From positions 43,276,001 to 43,340,000 of the forward strand of contig OX597823.1 in assembly GCA_951406725.2 (NCBI GenBank): 64,000 nt of DNA, in the 5' to 3' direction. Below are positions 37,996 through 51,350 of this stretch, in pieces (position 1 is the first letter of the stretch; every line of letters starts with the position of its first letter). This DNA is from Octopus vulgaris. Taxonomy: Eukaryota. Made by a program: the position numbers and the translations under genes. The notes beneath the pieces are model-generated. The model ran no database searches. It saw only the letters and a program-made list of their open reading frames with translations, and was not told where the DNA came from.

Positions 37996-39249
37996 TACTC
38001 AAGATGAAATAGAGAGGTGCAGAATATAGAGAATTAAAGTATTATCATAGAAGGATAAAAAAAAGAGAATAATCAATGAAAAGAATTGGATAAAGATAAG
38101 TAATGGATTAAAATAATAGAATAGATTTGGGTTAAATGACGTGACTTAGAGAGAGCGAGAGAGAGAGAGAGAGAGATGAGAAGGATGAGAGGAAATCGTG
38201 ATGTAACATAGATATATAAGAGAGAAAGAGTAATGATAACGAGGGAAAAAAAGATATTTTAAAATGTAAAAATTACGAGAGAGAAACAGATTTTCGTAAG
38301 AGAGTATCGAAAAGGACTGCGCAATAGATAATGTTTGTCTTAAATAGACTTTATACAGTTAGCCAAAGATAGTTAAGTCAAACTGTTACTGTCTCAGAAT
38401 AGGGTTGGGAAAAAGAGGGCTTAGAGGAGATTGCCTAGTAATTACTATTGTTACCATTGATCTTTAACTCAGAGAGGATATAAGTTAATTTGTTGAGAAT
38501 TTGTCAGGTGCACACATGAATATGCCAATAAAAATTTCACTTCTGCATCATCTTGAACAGTTCTATGGTACTATTGCTTCACCTTGTGTGCAAATGTCGT
38601 GCAAAATTGATCGTCTGAATTTTTTGGACGGCAGCCCACTCTTGGAACGGATGCTAATTTTTATGAGTTATAAACATACACTTTCGCCTCGTTTCACACC
38701 ATCACTTTACACGTGAATGCCTTTAGCGGAGCCCACTCTGTTGGAAGCATTAGAACCAAGTCTGTGATTTGAGGATAAGAAGATAACCTTCCTCTCTCCA
38801 TCTCCTTCCATTAGTTTTATAGGTTCTGGAGAAGAAAAAATGCTATGAATGCTACTTTCCCTCTTTCGACAAAGTTGTAATTTTTTAAATATTTTTTATT
38901 ATAATATCGATAAAATGGCTTCTCTTTAACGGATCATTGCTGCATTCATGCTTGTGTTCAGTTCTCATAGGATCAGTCAGATGAAAAAGCAAATTTCCTG
39001 CAAGTGTAATCCGACTGAAATAGAGCAATGCCCTGGAAACCAACGAAACTCGTCAGTTTTACACTTCTGTTACGGCTTAAAGTGAACAGCTATTCCTAAC
39101 TATCGTCATATTTACAAATGTGTTGAGTGAGTTTTTTCATGGTTACATGTTTTGGCTACAAATACGAAAGAGGATACGAACAGTTAATGTCTATTCACAC
39201 TGCGGTGCAACTCTCACTGTCTGTTATATTCTTAATCTCTTATTGTCTG

Positions 39250-39710
39250 CCTTTTATTTCCGTCAGTTATTGCGACCATACTGGAGCGCCGCCTTGAAGA
39301 AATTTGGCCAACCAAGATAACCATATTACCTCGTTTTTTTTTGTTTCGTTTTTCTTTTAAGGCTCACATTTATACTATCGGTCGATTTTGCCGACCAGCT
39401 ATATCACTGACCCGTAAATTAACCAACACCAGTTGTCAAGAGGTGGAGGATGATAATTACAAACAACGACACACACACACACACACATATGTATATATAA
39501 ATATAAATATAAACACACATACACACACACACATATATATACACACATATACAACGGGTTTTCACACGGTTTTCGTTTACCAGTTTCACTAACTATTGAT
39601 AATCCCTGGGCTATACTAGAAGACACTTGTCTACGGAGCCAAACGGTGGAACTGAACCCGAGACAGAGTGGCTTCAAAGTAAGATTCTTAACTACAGAGT
39701 CATGTCTGTT
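39250..39710 (-). mobile_element. Degenerate composite SINE
   Basis: Similar by eye to 36215-36640. Confidence 0.7.
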
Positions 39711-40729
39711 CCGTCTGGTAATTTTTTTTTAGCTATGGAGATTTTTCTTTCACTAATAAGAGATATATTAGAATTTTGTTACGGTGCTGCGTGATTAATG
39801 ATCAATGATGACAATTATTGGTGTTATTTTATTATTGCTGTTGAAGTCTATGTTAATATTGATTAGTAAAATCTCCAACTGATATTTTAGAAAAAAGAAG
39901 TAGTAACGTGGGAGAGCAGGATTGTGTGGACGTCAATGAAGCAAAAGTTTTGAACGTTTTTCGTAGGACATATTCTGGGAGGGAATTAGGAACAATATCA
40001 CTACATAAGTAATTTGATGTTATTGCAGTACAGCAAAAGCCATACAAGCATGACATTACGGTCAACGAGGCTTGACTGAGATGCTGTGAGAAACGCAAAT
40101 TCACGGCGTATTTTAATGAGCATAGTAGGACACGAAATACAGATTCTGCGTTTGAAATACTGAAAATTAATTATGCATATAGGAAACAATATATCAGTCT
40201 CATTAAAACTAGTAATAATTACAGAGGCGTCAGATGATATATATTCTATCATTTGTCCACCCAACTAGAGCAAGCCAAAGCAAGCAGTTTTTCTTTGTTT
40301 TGTAGCTATGGTTGAAAAGGTCGTGTGATGGATACGGCTGAAAGTATTAAGGACACGCACTTTCCTCTTTGGTGAAGTCTCCCTACATGTTTTTAAGTTC
40401 CACTTAGCAATGAAAGTGAGGGTAGAGAGGGAAGTACTCTCTCCCAGTGAATATATCAAAAGATGGGTGGATGAGTGTGGTAAAAATGATTAGGGTGAAT
40501 GAGCCTAATTGCAAATAGGAAAAGAGCAACTGGGTGAGACTTGTGCAGTTAGTATTCCTTTCAGGGTCGGTAAGTAATTTGAACACTCGGGTCGATGTAA
40601 TCGACTTAACCACTCCACCGCACTTGCTGGCCTCATGCCAAAATTTGAAGAAAAGATAAAAATATCATTATCATCACTGTTGTTTTATTTCTCAGAGCGT
40701 TCGGTCTGCTTTACTCTGGTTGATTCAGT

Positions 40730-41340
40730 CAGAGCGGACAGCTGCCTTTTGTCAGACGTCTCACAGGGTCTTTTTCAGCACATTATAAGCTTTGATACTT
40801 TTCAATTATCGTAAAAGACATTCAATAGTCAAGTACCAATATCAAAATCCTAGCTGTCCCCAGCAGAGCAGTATTTTGGGCCCGCACTGCTTTCATTTCA
40901 ATTCCGATTTCTCTGGCATATTTCTCGAATTTGGTTGCTAGTGCTCCGAGTGCCCTTAGAACTACTGCGATGACGGACACGCTCCTCATATTCCATATTC
41001 TTGGAATTTCGTCTTTTAGTAATTTGTATTTTTCAATATTTTCTAGTTGTCTGTCACTTATGCGAGCACCCCCAGGTGTACCAATATCTATAATCTTGGT
41101 TTCCTTTTTCCCTATCTACCACAGCAAAATCTGGTGTCCGGGCACTGATTAGGGGTTCACATACGATTATAAAACCTTACAGTATCTTATAATTATTGTC
41201 CTCGGCGACTCCTTCTATTTCATGTTCGTACCGTTTCCTTCTGTGTCCAGGCCGTACATTTCAATTTGTCTCCAGTGAACAAACTTAGCTACGTTATTGT
41301 GTCTCCTTCTGTAGTGCTTTTCGCCATGTTTGCTACACTC
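40730..41340 (-). mobile_element. Dong/R4 LINE 3' fragment (restriction-like endonuclease)
   Basis: KKETKIIDIGTPGGARISDRQLENIEKYKLLKDEIPRIWNMRSVSVIAVVLRALGALATKFEKY...QNTALLGTARILILVLDY*. Confidence 0.82.
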
Positions 41341-41521
41341 ACTCACTCAATCACTCAGTCACTTACTCAGTCACTCACTCACTCACTCATGATACATGAG
41401 ATTGTTTCGTTTTCCTTTTACACTCATTCACATGCTTTTGGGCCACCTTGCCCAATATTGTTGTTGTTGTTGTTGTTGTTATTATTATTATTATTATTAT
41501 CATTATTATCATTATTATTAT

Positions 41522-41965
41522 CAAGACGGCAATCTGGTACAACCGTTGGCACGGCGGGTAAAAATGTTAGCGGCATTTCATGCATCTTTACGTTCTAAGT
41601 ATAAAATCCAGTGAGGCTTTGACTTTCATCCTTTGGATGTCGATAAAATACATATAAGTTAAGCAATGAGGATGACGCAATCAAGTTACGCTCCCCCCAC
41701 CCCGACCTTGCTAGAGTTTCTCTAAAATGTGGAAACCATTATCATAATTGTTACTGTTATTAAGGTGGCGAGCTGGCAGAATCTTTAGCAAGCCGGGCAA
41801 AATGTTCAACGGCATTTACTTTATGTGTTCAAACTCCGCCGAAGTCAACTTTGCATTTCATCCTCTTGGAGTCGATAAAATAAGTACCATCTACGCATTG
41901 CACTCGATGCAATCGACTTAAATCTGCCCTGATATTGCTGACCCTGTACCAAAATTTGAAACCAT
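41522..41965 (+). mobile_element. Two Nin/Deu SINE copies
   Basis: Heads at ~41522 and 41762 (aaggtggcgagctggcagaatc); tails gaaaccattat. Confidence 0.75.
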
Positions 41966-41973
41966 TATTATTA

Positions 41974-42534
41974 TTCAACGAGAGAGCAATGCATGCCATC
42001 AAAGAAACATCGGGGTACAGAAATACGAAGCCCAATATACACATCATGACTACAAGTCTGATAAGGGTACACCAAGCACATGCCTCAGAAACATATGCGC
42101 GCGACGTGGTGATCTCCTACCAAGATAATCGGCAGATGACTTTTCTGGTAGGGCCCAGTTAGAATTTTCTTCAGGTCGAGTAGTCCATCTTGCTCAAACT
42201 ATCCTTGAGTAAGAGTTGTTTAAGGACGTTGAATGAAACACGCATGTTTCCAGAGGTAAACTATTCAAATCATTAAGAATTTCTCTGAAACACATGGCTA
42301 TGATGCTAGATTACTACTTCTGCTCGTGATTAAAGACGCACTTATCGTCAGCCACTGAGGGACATGGTCAACTAGTTAATTTAAAACAACAAACATGCAA
42401 GTCTGTAGTATTGAGCGGAATATTTGCTGCAGCCCATCTCTTATACCAAGACAAAACATATACATGATAACACTTCCTATCAGTTAAGATCAGAAGCCAC
42501 GAGAGTTATTGTTTGGTACTGCGTCAGGGCATTT
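41974..42534 (-). repeat. ~560-bp interspersed repeat in (TAA)n; same family as 56055-56614
   Basis: Reverse-complement similarity over the whole length. Confidence 0.8.
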
Positions 42535-42560
42535 TAATATTATTATTATTATTATTATAG

Positions 42561-42610
<50 letters not shown>

Positions 42611-44915
42611 GATGATGATGATGATCATGATCATGAGTTTTAAGACGTCGCATAGCATCCATATCGTAATGTTGTTGATTGAAGATATTGTATCCAAAGC
42701 AACAACAGGAGCAATAGAAAAAGCAATCTACTGAACCCTAAAGGCTACCGATCGTACAACAATATCATCATCTGCACGCTCTCAACCGAAAGATGTCTCA
42801 TCCTCAACAGGCATCCAGATCACCAGCTTAGAAATACGCGACTGCGAATACATATCTCCCGCCACTGCCACAGATTTCTCCGACAGTGAAAACTCGTTTG
42901 GCAAGGAAAATAGTTTGGGAAAACCACCATAATATATCCTAGGGGAAAAACAAGAAAAAATACAAAATGAAAAGCACATTACAAGTGTTTAGAAGAGGAG
43001 ACACAAAAACTAACAGGCCATTACAAACCTACACACTGTACACCAACCCAATTACAAACATCTCCAACGTTATAAACTCCATCAACATTACAAATACCTC
43101 AACAAATGCAAATACACGGTAATCCAGACTAACTCTGTGAACAGCATTCTTAAAGCGTCATCAACAACACGGCCTTAGATACAATCAACAGGAACTTAAT
43201 AACAACTATTCAAAAGCACACAAGCATTACTCTAAATCATTTCATTATTCCCTCACATAACACTCCTATTGACATAAATATTTTGAGTTCAAATCCTGTT
43301 TAGGTTGTCTCAATCTTTTCTCCTCCTGAAGTCAATAAAATCGATTTCATAACGCACGCCACCCAGTGTCTGACCGTAGACCAATATGAGAAATCATAAA
43401 TAAATGTAATTTATGAATATCAATGATCGCAGCCTCTCTGCCATACAGATTTTTATTAGACATCTAAGCTAAAACCAAGAATAGACTTTACACTATGTCA
43501 TAGAAATTTCAACATATTTCTGACTCACATATTTCAAACATCGTATGAGCATTTATTATCAGCGACCAGACACCTGTGGGTTGTTTTATCCATCCACATC
43601 TGATAAAACTTCAACAAAGATATTAAATATCTGCTGCGGGATCGGTCAATAAAATTTAGCACATTGAAATCAAGAATTCGGTTTTTTTACTCAGTCTTCA
43701 TTTTACTTTTTTTTGCTTTTTAATGTTTTGTGTTCATGTTTTTCCGAGGTGGGTTTTTTGAATAACGAAACGCAAACTAAATTGCGTTCTCTGTATATAT
43801 TAATTTTGCAATACCGTTATTATATTGCTGCCTTTAGTATTGTTTCGATCTGAAGATCAGCCTCAGATAATTTGTTTTATACATAATCAATTAATTTTCA
43901 TTATTTTGGTAGAGAGAGAAGAGATGGAGAAGAGAGAAGAGGGAGAAGAGAGAAGAGTGGTGGTAGGGAGTGGGCAGAGAGTTGGAAATATCGATTTTCT
44001 TATTATTGTCGTGGTTTTGTGACAGAGTTCTCAGTTAATATTCAATTATTGCCTTGAAATAGCTTTACTTTGAAAATATTCATTACAGAGTGCCGTTGAT
44101 AACATCAAATAGATTTTTTTTTCTTTTAGCTTGCGCCTCGTCAATTTATAATTTACAGAATTTACATTTAAATTTTACGTGAAAAAAAAAGCAAGAAATT
44201 TGTATACCTATAAAGAAATACAAATAGCGAAGAAAAAACATTTTTCTCTTTTTTCATTGACATGTTGCCAAAACAAAAAAGAAGGGAATCAAAGCAAAAG
44301 TTGTATGATTTGAAAACGATGTGAAAGAAAACAAGAGTTCTTGAAAGGAAAATTGAAAACGGTATAAAGATGGTATTTAGTCACGTGTCATCAACTAAGA
44401 ACCCACCGCCATTCATAATCCGACTCAAATAAAAATAGAATTTCTCACTTTCAATGAATAAATAAAATTTACTTCGGACCCCAAGATGATTTCAAAGTTC
44501 CCGTATAGAGGAATAAATATGATTTTAGGGTCAATACTCAATCATTAAAATGTAATGATTTCGATTTTATTCCACTAGCTAGCTGTGAGGCAGTATTTTG
44601 TAGTCTTTTATTATTTTATCTGTTTCAGTCACTGACATGTGGACAAACTGGTGCAATACTTTGAAGGGGTTTTACTGATCATTGTACTGATGTATTGTTC
44701 ATTTTCTATCAGCCTCATTTTCCCGAATTGCAAACTTACGAGAACATAAACAGCCTAATGCCGGTTGTGAAACTGTGGGAAACCGGAAACATATAAAGAG
44801 AATACAGTGTGGGCAGAAGCCAAGAATTGTAAAAATACAACTGGTCCAAAAGCTTGAACCACCAGATTATGCCTACATATCGCAATATTGTGTCAGCGTT
44901 GGTAACATTGGCCTA

Positions 44916-44968
<53 letters not shown>

Positions 44969-45048
44969 AATTATATATGTATACGTATATATACATACAT
45001 ATATATGTATGTATAAGTATATATGTATATATATTTATATATATACAT

Positions 45049-45084
<36 letters not shown>

Positions 45085-45609
45085 CATACATACACAGAAA
45101 CTGTATACAATAAGCGTTAAGATCTTTCACATCGAGCTGACCGATATAAAAGGCAAAGCGTCCCGGTAAACAAAATATTAACTTGACTGGATGCCAAGTG
45201 ATGATGCACCCGCTAGAAATTACAGCAAAAAATCTTTATTGAAAGAGATTATATGTATAAAGTATATCGGGCGCAAGATTCATTGAGCAGCATTTAACAT
45301 ATATTTAGCCAATTTAGACACATTCGAGTCGTCGGTTCATCTTCGTTATAGATAATATGTCAGTATTTTAAACACCGTGCACTGCTGTTAAATATTTTTT
45401 TATATGTAAATCAGGAAGACGCTAGAAAGAGGCATTTTAAGACAATGAAAAAAAAATGATAAATTCAGTTCAATCAATCCTAAAACTACTCAGTTCTGGG
45501 ATCAATGGAATTGTTTGAAGTTTAGTTCCCTTCTCATGTATTTCGGTTTGAAGAACATATAGGGGTACAACACATCGTTGATTTCGACATCATTGCTATT
45601 CAGTATACT

Positions 45610-45800
45610 GGTTCCAAATTTAGGTATAAGGCCAGCAATTTTGTAGGAGGTGTTAATTCGATTATATAGACCACAGTGCTCAACTGGTACTGATTTTGTC
45701 GACCCCGAAATGATTATACAGCAAGGCTGGTCACGGCGGAATTTCAAATAAGAACGTAAAGTCGGAAGAAATGCCACTATGCATGTTGAACGAAATGTTA
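45610..45800 (-). mobile_element. Nin/Deu SINE, degenerate
   Basis: caactggtactgattttgtcgaccccgaaa...ggcggaatttc. Confidence 0.65.
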
Positions 45801-45916
45801 ACAGTTCCTCAGAAAAAGTTGCCTCAGAAAACGAACATATGTATTAATATTCCAGCTAAAATCCATGGATTTTGCGAATCCCTGGTAATCGCATATGGAT
45901 GGGAAATACAGCAACT

Positions 45917-46217
<301 letters not shown>

Positions 46218-46241
46218 CACACACACAGATATATATATATT

Positions 46242-46560
46242 TGTTAAATAAAATACAATGACAAAGACAAAGCAATATGATATTTCTAGGTCATTTATAA
46301 AGAGAAAGGTAATCTAATAGCTGTTTCAGGGACATAAATGATATCCCATCATCATAGACGAGTTAAGAGAATTTCAATATGAAGGAATTAGTAAGAGTTC
46401 ATTATATAAGAGATGCAAAAATTATAAAAGGGAAACTCCCTTAACTCTGATGATGGGATATCATTTATTTCCCTGAAACAGCGGTAAGATCACCTTTCTC
46501 TTTATAGATCTCCTAGAAATATCACATTGCGTTGGACTCGTAATCCTATTTTATTTAACA
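46242..46560. mobile_element. Non-coding fold-back of inverted pLTRs with hammerhead cores (same family as 29121)
   Basis: Arms ~46242-46370 and ~46437-46560; plus copy CTGATGA-TGGGA..TCCCT-GAAAC-AGCG-GTA-AGAT at 46447-46490; minus copy core mutated to ATGATGA. Confidence 0.8.
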
Positions 46561-47072
46561 TATACACGCTCACACACGACCCGCCCTAGATTCCTCACTC
46601 ATACTTTTATTGATCCGGATGTTTAACAGCGATCCTTCTGTATCACTTACAGTCTTACCTGCCTTTTGGGTCTTCTGAATACCAAAACCTCTTATATAGA
46701 TTCTATATATGATATGTTGTTTAATGTACACAGTATATAGTTATGAGATACAAATACTTTCATATACTAACGGTAATACCTAGGCAGGTTTTAAAACAAC
46801 CCTAACGTCTCTAATTAACTTTCAGGCTCTGGTCACATGGCCTATACAAGTCCAGATTTGTAAATTCAATATTTTCTAAGTATGAAATTATTAGTAGCTC
46901 ATAAATATCTGTTGTGTGCATTAAGCTATATTTATCTCTCACCAGATGGAGTACGTTTTGTTGATCTTAATTTAAGGTAACTGCAAGTTACACACACACA
47001 CGCACATACACATACATACACTCACACACGCACATACGCAAATACACAAATATATATATATATATATATATA

Positions 47073-47106
<34 letters not shown>

Positions 47107-47194
47107 GTGTGTGTGTATGTATATGTTATAATATCTTGTTGTTGAGAGAGGCCCTCTCTTTCTTTCCTGATGAGAAGATTGCATTTTACACCGT

Positions 47195-47440
47195 TTATTC
47201 CTTTGGAATAGAACCAATGTTGTCTTCGAAACATATGTCGAAAGTAAAAGAATTTTATTAAAATCTTCGTTCAACTCTATTTATTTATTTATTCATAATA
47301 CACAAATTACTGCACATTAACCCGGAGTTTCTACCTTTGAATAGGTCGCTTCAACCGTGTTACTGGCGTGAATTTTGCTACCCTGGTAACGGTTTATTGA
47401 ATTTTCCTTTGTTAACGGTAAACAAAGGATAATTCATTCA
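47195..47440 (+). mobile_element. Truncated Penelope-type pLTR carrying only the 3' half of a hammerhead
   Basis: ccaatgttgtcttc-GAAAC-ATAT-GTC; same family as ~58700-58935 (-). Confidence 0.5.
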
Positions 47441-47470
47441 TCTATTTATATATATATATATATATATATT

Positions 47471-47501
<31 letters not shown>

Positions 47502-47527
47502 TAGAGAGAGAGTGTGTGTGTGTGTGT

Positions 47528-47752
47528 GAGCTGGCAGAAACGTTAGCACGCCGGGCGAAATGCGTAGCCGTATTTCGTCTGTCGTTACGTTCTGAGTTCA
47601 AATTCCGCCGTGGTCGACTTTGCCCTTCATCCTTTCGGGGTCGATAAATTAAGTACCAGTTACGCACTAGGGTCGATGTAATCGACTAAATCCCTTTGTC
47701 TGTCCTTGTTTGTCCCCTCTGTGTTTAGCCCCTTGTGGGTAGTAAAGAAATA
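47528..47752 (+). mobile_element. Well-preserved Nin/Deu-domain SINE
   Basis: GAGCTGGCAGAAACGTTAG...GAGTTCAAATTCC...GCCCTTCATCCTTTCGGGGTCGATAAATTAAGTACCAG. Confidence 0.88.
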
Positions 47753-47929
47753 TATATATATATATATAAAAGGGTAAGCACAGTTATGCTGAGGTTGCTA
47801 CTGTACTCCGTCTCCGAATCGTGGGTTTGATTGTTTACCTGGCGATTAAACAGCTCTATAAGTGTTTTCGTCCCTTCCACCACGACACCAGTGTTGTCCA
47901 GAGACACCCATGGATGGAAGTAATCAACC

Positions 47930-48380
47930 TTTCAGCTCTTGAGCACGTACTTTATGTCTTAGTGTTAGAATCAGATGCTACGACTCTGGGACAATTGGTT
48001 CTTTTACGTTCAATCCACGTCCTTGCTGCACCACTCCTCTTCTTTCTTCAGACAGATGTAATGTTTTGCATTCTGAGCGGCTTCCGACAATCTTTTGTCA
48101 TCTTCTTTTCTCTCCTTCACATGTAGTCCAAAATTCCTCAGCAGCGAACTAACACTGGTTCTAGCTAATCCTCTAACACCTATCTCAACAAGTAGGTATA
48201 TTAATTACCATCCATTTTACAGTATATAGAGAATTATATGTGCTTTCACAGCAGCAACAGAGCAGTTAACCTCTTATTTCTAGCAGTGTAGGTGTTCATT
48301 GTTTACCGTTTTGGTGAAAAATTATTAGAATTGGGAATCACATGTGAAAATACCATCAAGAAGCTAGCAGAAGACCGCTC
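47930..48380 (-). mobile_element. Highly decayed RTE-like LINE 3' fragment
   Basis: Decayed GHV.R...D+R...RRR.GAARTW pattern on the minus strand. Confidence 0.4.
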
Positions 48381-48397
48381 GAAGGGCCTTCTACTAG

Positions 48398-48457
<60 letters not shown>

Positions 48458-48481
48458 CATACATACAACATACATACATAC

Positions 48482-48512
<31 letters not shown>

Positions 48513-50762
48513 CATACATACATACATACATACATACATACATACATACATGTATATTTCATACTTATATATCATACATGCATATATACATCAAACCGAC
48601 ATTAGGTTATTTACGAATTAGGACAAAGTATGAACAAGTATTTTCTCAAAGACACTATGAGGAAAGAAATATTAAATATGAAGCGTAGATGGCAGTAAAA
48701 TGTTCACATATGGAACAAATGACATCAAGAAGGCTGTTATATATATACACTTTATTAGATATTTTCATTCGATAAAAAATAATATAAATAACTAAAAGGA
48801 AAATATAATCGTGAAGAAGAATTAAGCGTAAAAGTAATATTATTTGATGCGTTAACGATTTTGAAGATTTTTCACTGCATTGTAGGAATTTACACTGAAG
48901 GGCATAGAAACATATTGAATAAACCTTCACTTCGATATGAATGTATGTGATGTTTTTGGTATATGTTATCCCGAAGCAAATAAACTTGATAATAGACAAC
49001 ATATTTTTCTTCATTTTTTCATGTTCTTCCAAACATTTTCATATGAAAATTTGGTTTGCAGATTTCAGATGTTTTTATCGAATTAAAAACGCTGAAAATT
49101 TAAAACGACATACAGAATGACATTTTCCTGATAGAAATTTAATCGGCTGTTTGATCAGAGGCTTAACAATTTTCTTATGTTGTTGTTGTTGTTGCTTTTT
49201 AGTATTGGAAACATTTATAGAAAATGTCCTTGCAATCTGCATGTTTATTCAATATACTATCAAATTGATGACAAATTCCGCTAGCAACTATTCACATACG
49301 TAAGCAACCCTGCAGCTAAAATAATTGTATTCTTTCTCTTTATGAGTTAATGTAGATACAAGTCACGTACATTAAAAACATGTTCACATGTTCATGATCA
49401 TGGGCCTGGACATATGATTAAATAAGAAGTCGTTTTTAGTTATGAACTTCAGAAAGGACTATTGTCACATTTTCACGCCAAGTTTTCTTAACCAACTGCT
49501 AGCGTGACTTGGTTTAAATTTCCAGATATCAATGATACTTCATAAGTAATTATATCTACAATATTCCAAAAATGAAGACAGATCTAATAGAAATTAACAA
49601 GTCTAGTATTTAATATTCAATGTGTAAAAGCATAATCCAAATTATTTTATATTTCAGTCTACATAATATTTAATATGTATATATAAAAGTGTGTGTGCGT
49701 GTTTAAGCATAATCCAAAGTGATTTTCACTCGTCACTGTCTTATACTATGAGCTGTACGATTTAACATCCCTTATTCCACTCAATTTTGTAATACATCTA
49801 TTCTCATTTTGGTGTCTGGCATCAAAATAAATGTGTTAAATGAATCAGTATTAAATTAATAATATAACATATAATTGGAGTTAGATTTCGTTCTGATTAT
49901 TGTGTTCTGATCAAATGTCCTGATCATTGTGGGTGGTCACTGAGACCTGCTTTTGCGGCTCATGCAGAATCTCTGGCTGATCGCCGACGCCTGTTATTAC
50001 AGATCAATATGTGATAATCGTAACACTGTTCCTGGCGCACCATCTTATTCAGGACCAGTGAAGAATGAATCCGCGATGAACATTGATTTTCATCCTTTGG
50101 GTTCAATAAAATAAAGTAACAGTTAAGTACTGAGCTTCATGGGATCGACAAAACCCCTCCTCCAAAACTGCAGACTTCATAACTAAATTATAAAACATTT
50201 TAATCTTATCCTTAGAACTGATTGTCTGTGTGTCCATTCAATCTGTTATTGAATTAATAAACCCTGTAGAAACCCACTTCCACGATAAAATACAGAGATC
50301 CATGACGACTAAAATAATAATAGTTCCTCTCCGTAAAGCAAAGGTCAACAACGTGGTCAATATTGACCACTGAGGTAGGGATTTATGTGGCTATCCATGG
50401 CGTTCATAAACACTTGAAATGATTTTTAGTATTAAGGTTGTGGAATTATTTCCAAACTGAATCTGAAACAGCAAGGGCATTTAAGGCTAAAACTTACTAG
50501 TATGGAACCAAATATCGATCCAGGAACTTAGCATTCTCTAAACACATATTTCACATCAAATATTCCGACTATATCAATATGACTGATTTTTTAGAGTTTT
50601 TTATCCATTTCGTCAAGTATTTTAATTAAAATTCTTTGAATATTTCTGAAAATATCCTTTGAATACTTCTTAAACGGTAACGATCCAAAAGACCGAAGAA
50701 ATTATTGCTTTTAAAGTAAGAATTTGTTTTAATAAATATACTTTTTTTCTATTTCCCTTTAG

Positions 50763-50776
50763 AAATATCCATGATG
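50763..50776 (+). other. Candidate 14-nt micro-exon (AAATATCCATGATG)
   Basis: Long polypyrimidine acceptor ctttttttctatttccctttag| and donor ATG|GTGAGT. Confidence 0.3.
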
Positions 50777-51244
50777 GTGAGTCGATAACTCATTAACGAT
50801 CTCATACAGAAGCCTATGACAAGGAGTTTGTTGATTTCTGGATTAGAGGGAGTGAAGTTGAGATATTAATTTCGGGGTATTTAACCCAAAGATGTAGCAA
50901 CTCATAACTTTTGCTAGTAGTTAGAGATTGTTCATTCATACTATTACATCAGAATTATTGTGATTGAGAACACTTCAATTTGTAATTTGGAGGAACCATA
51001 TAGTGTTTATGGGTGAACACACAAAATTTTCATAGGCTGTTTCCATTGATGTCTATGAATATTTTTTACAAAAGAAGCGTTCAATTGTTATCTAAAGAAC
51101 TGCGAATAATCTACTCTCTCTCTCTCTCTCGAAGCGTCAAAGACTTCTCCATTCTTCCTGAACGTCAGACTAGTACACTTGTTTGTCGTTCCCTCACTGG
51201 TCTTTGTCTTTTGTTTTCCGAACATTTGAAACACACAAGCACAC

Positions 51245-51293
<49 letters not shown>

Positions 51294-51311
51294 AATAATA
51301 TATATATATAA

Positions 51312-51350
<39 letters not shown>

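Noticed and set aside
48655-49032. 125-aa minus ORF
   Set aside because: Composition (I/F/Y/K-rich) mirrors AT-rich background; no motif or splice support.
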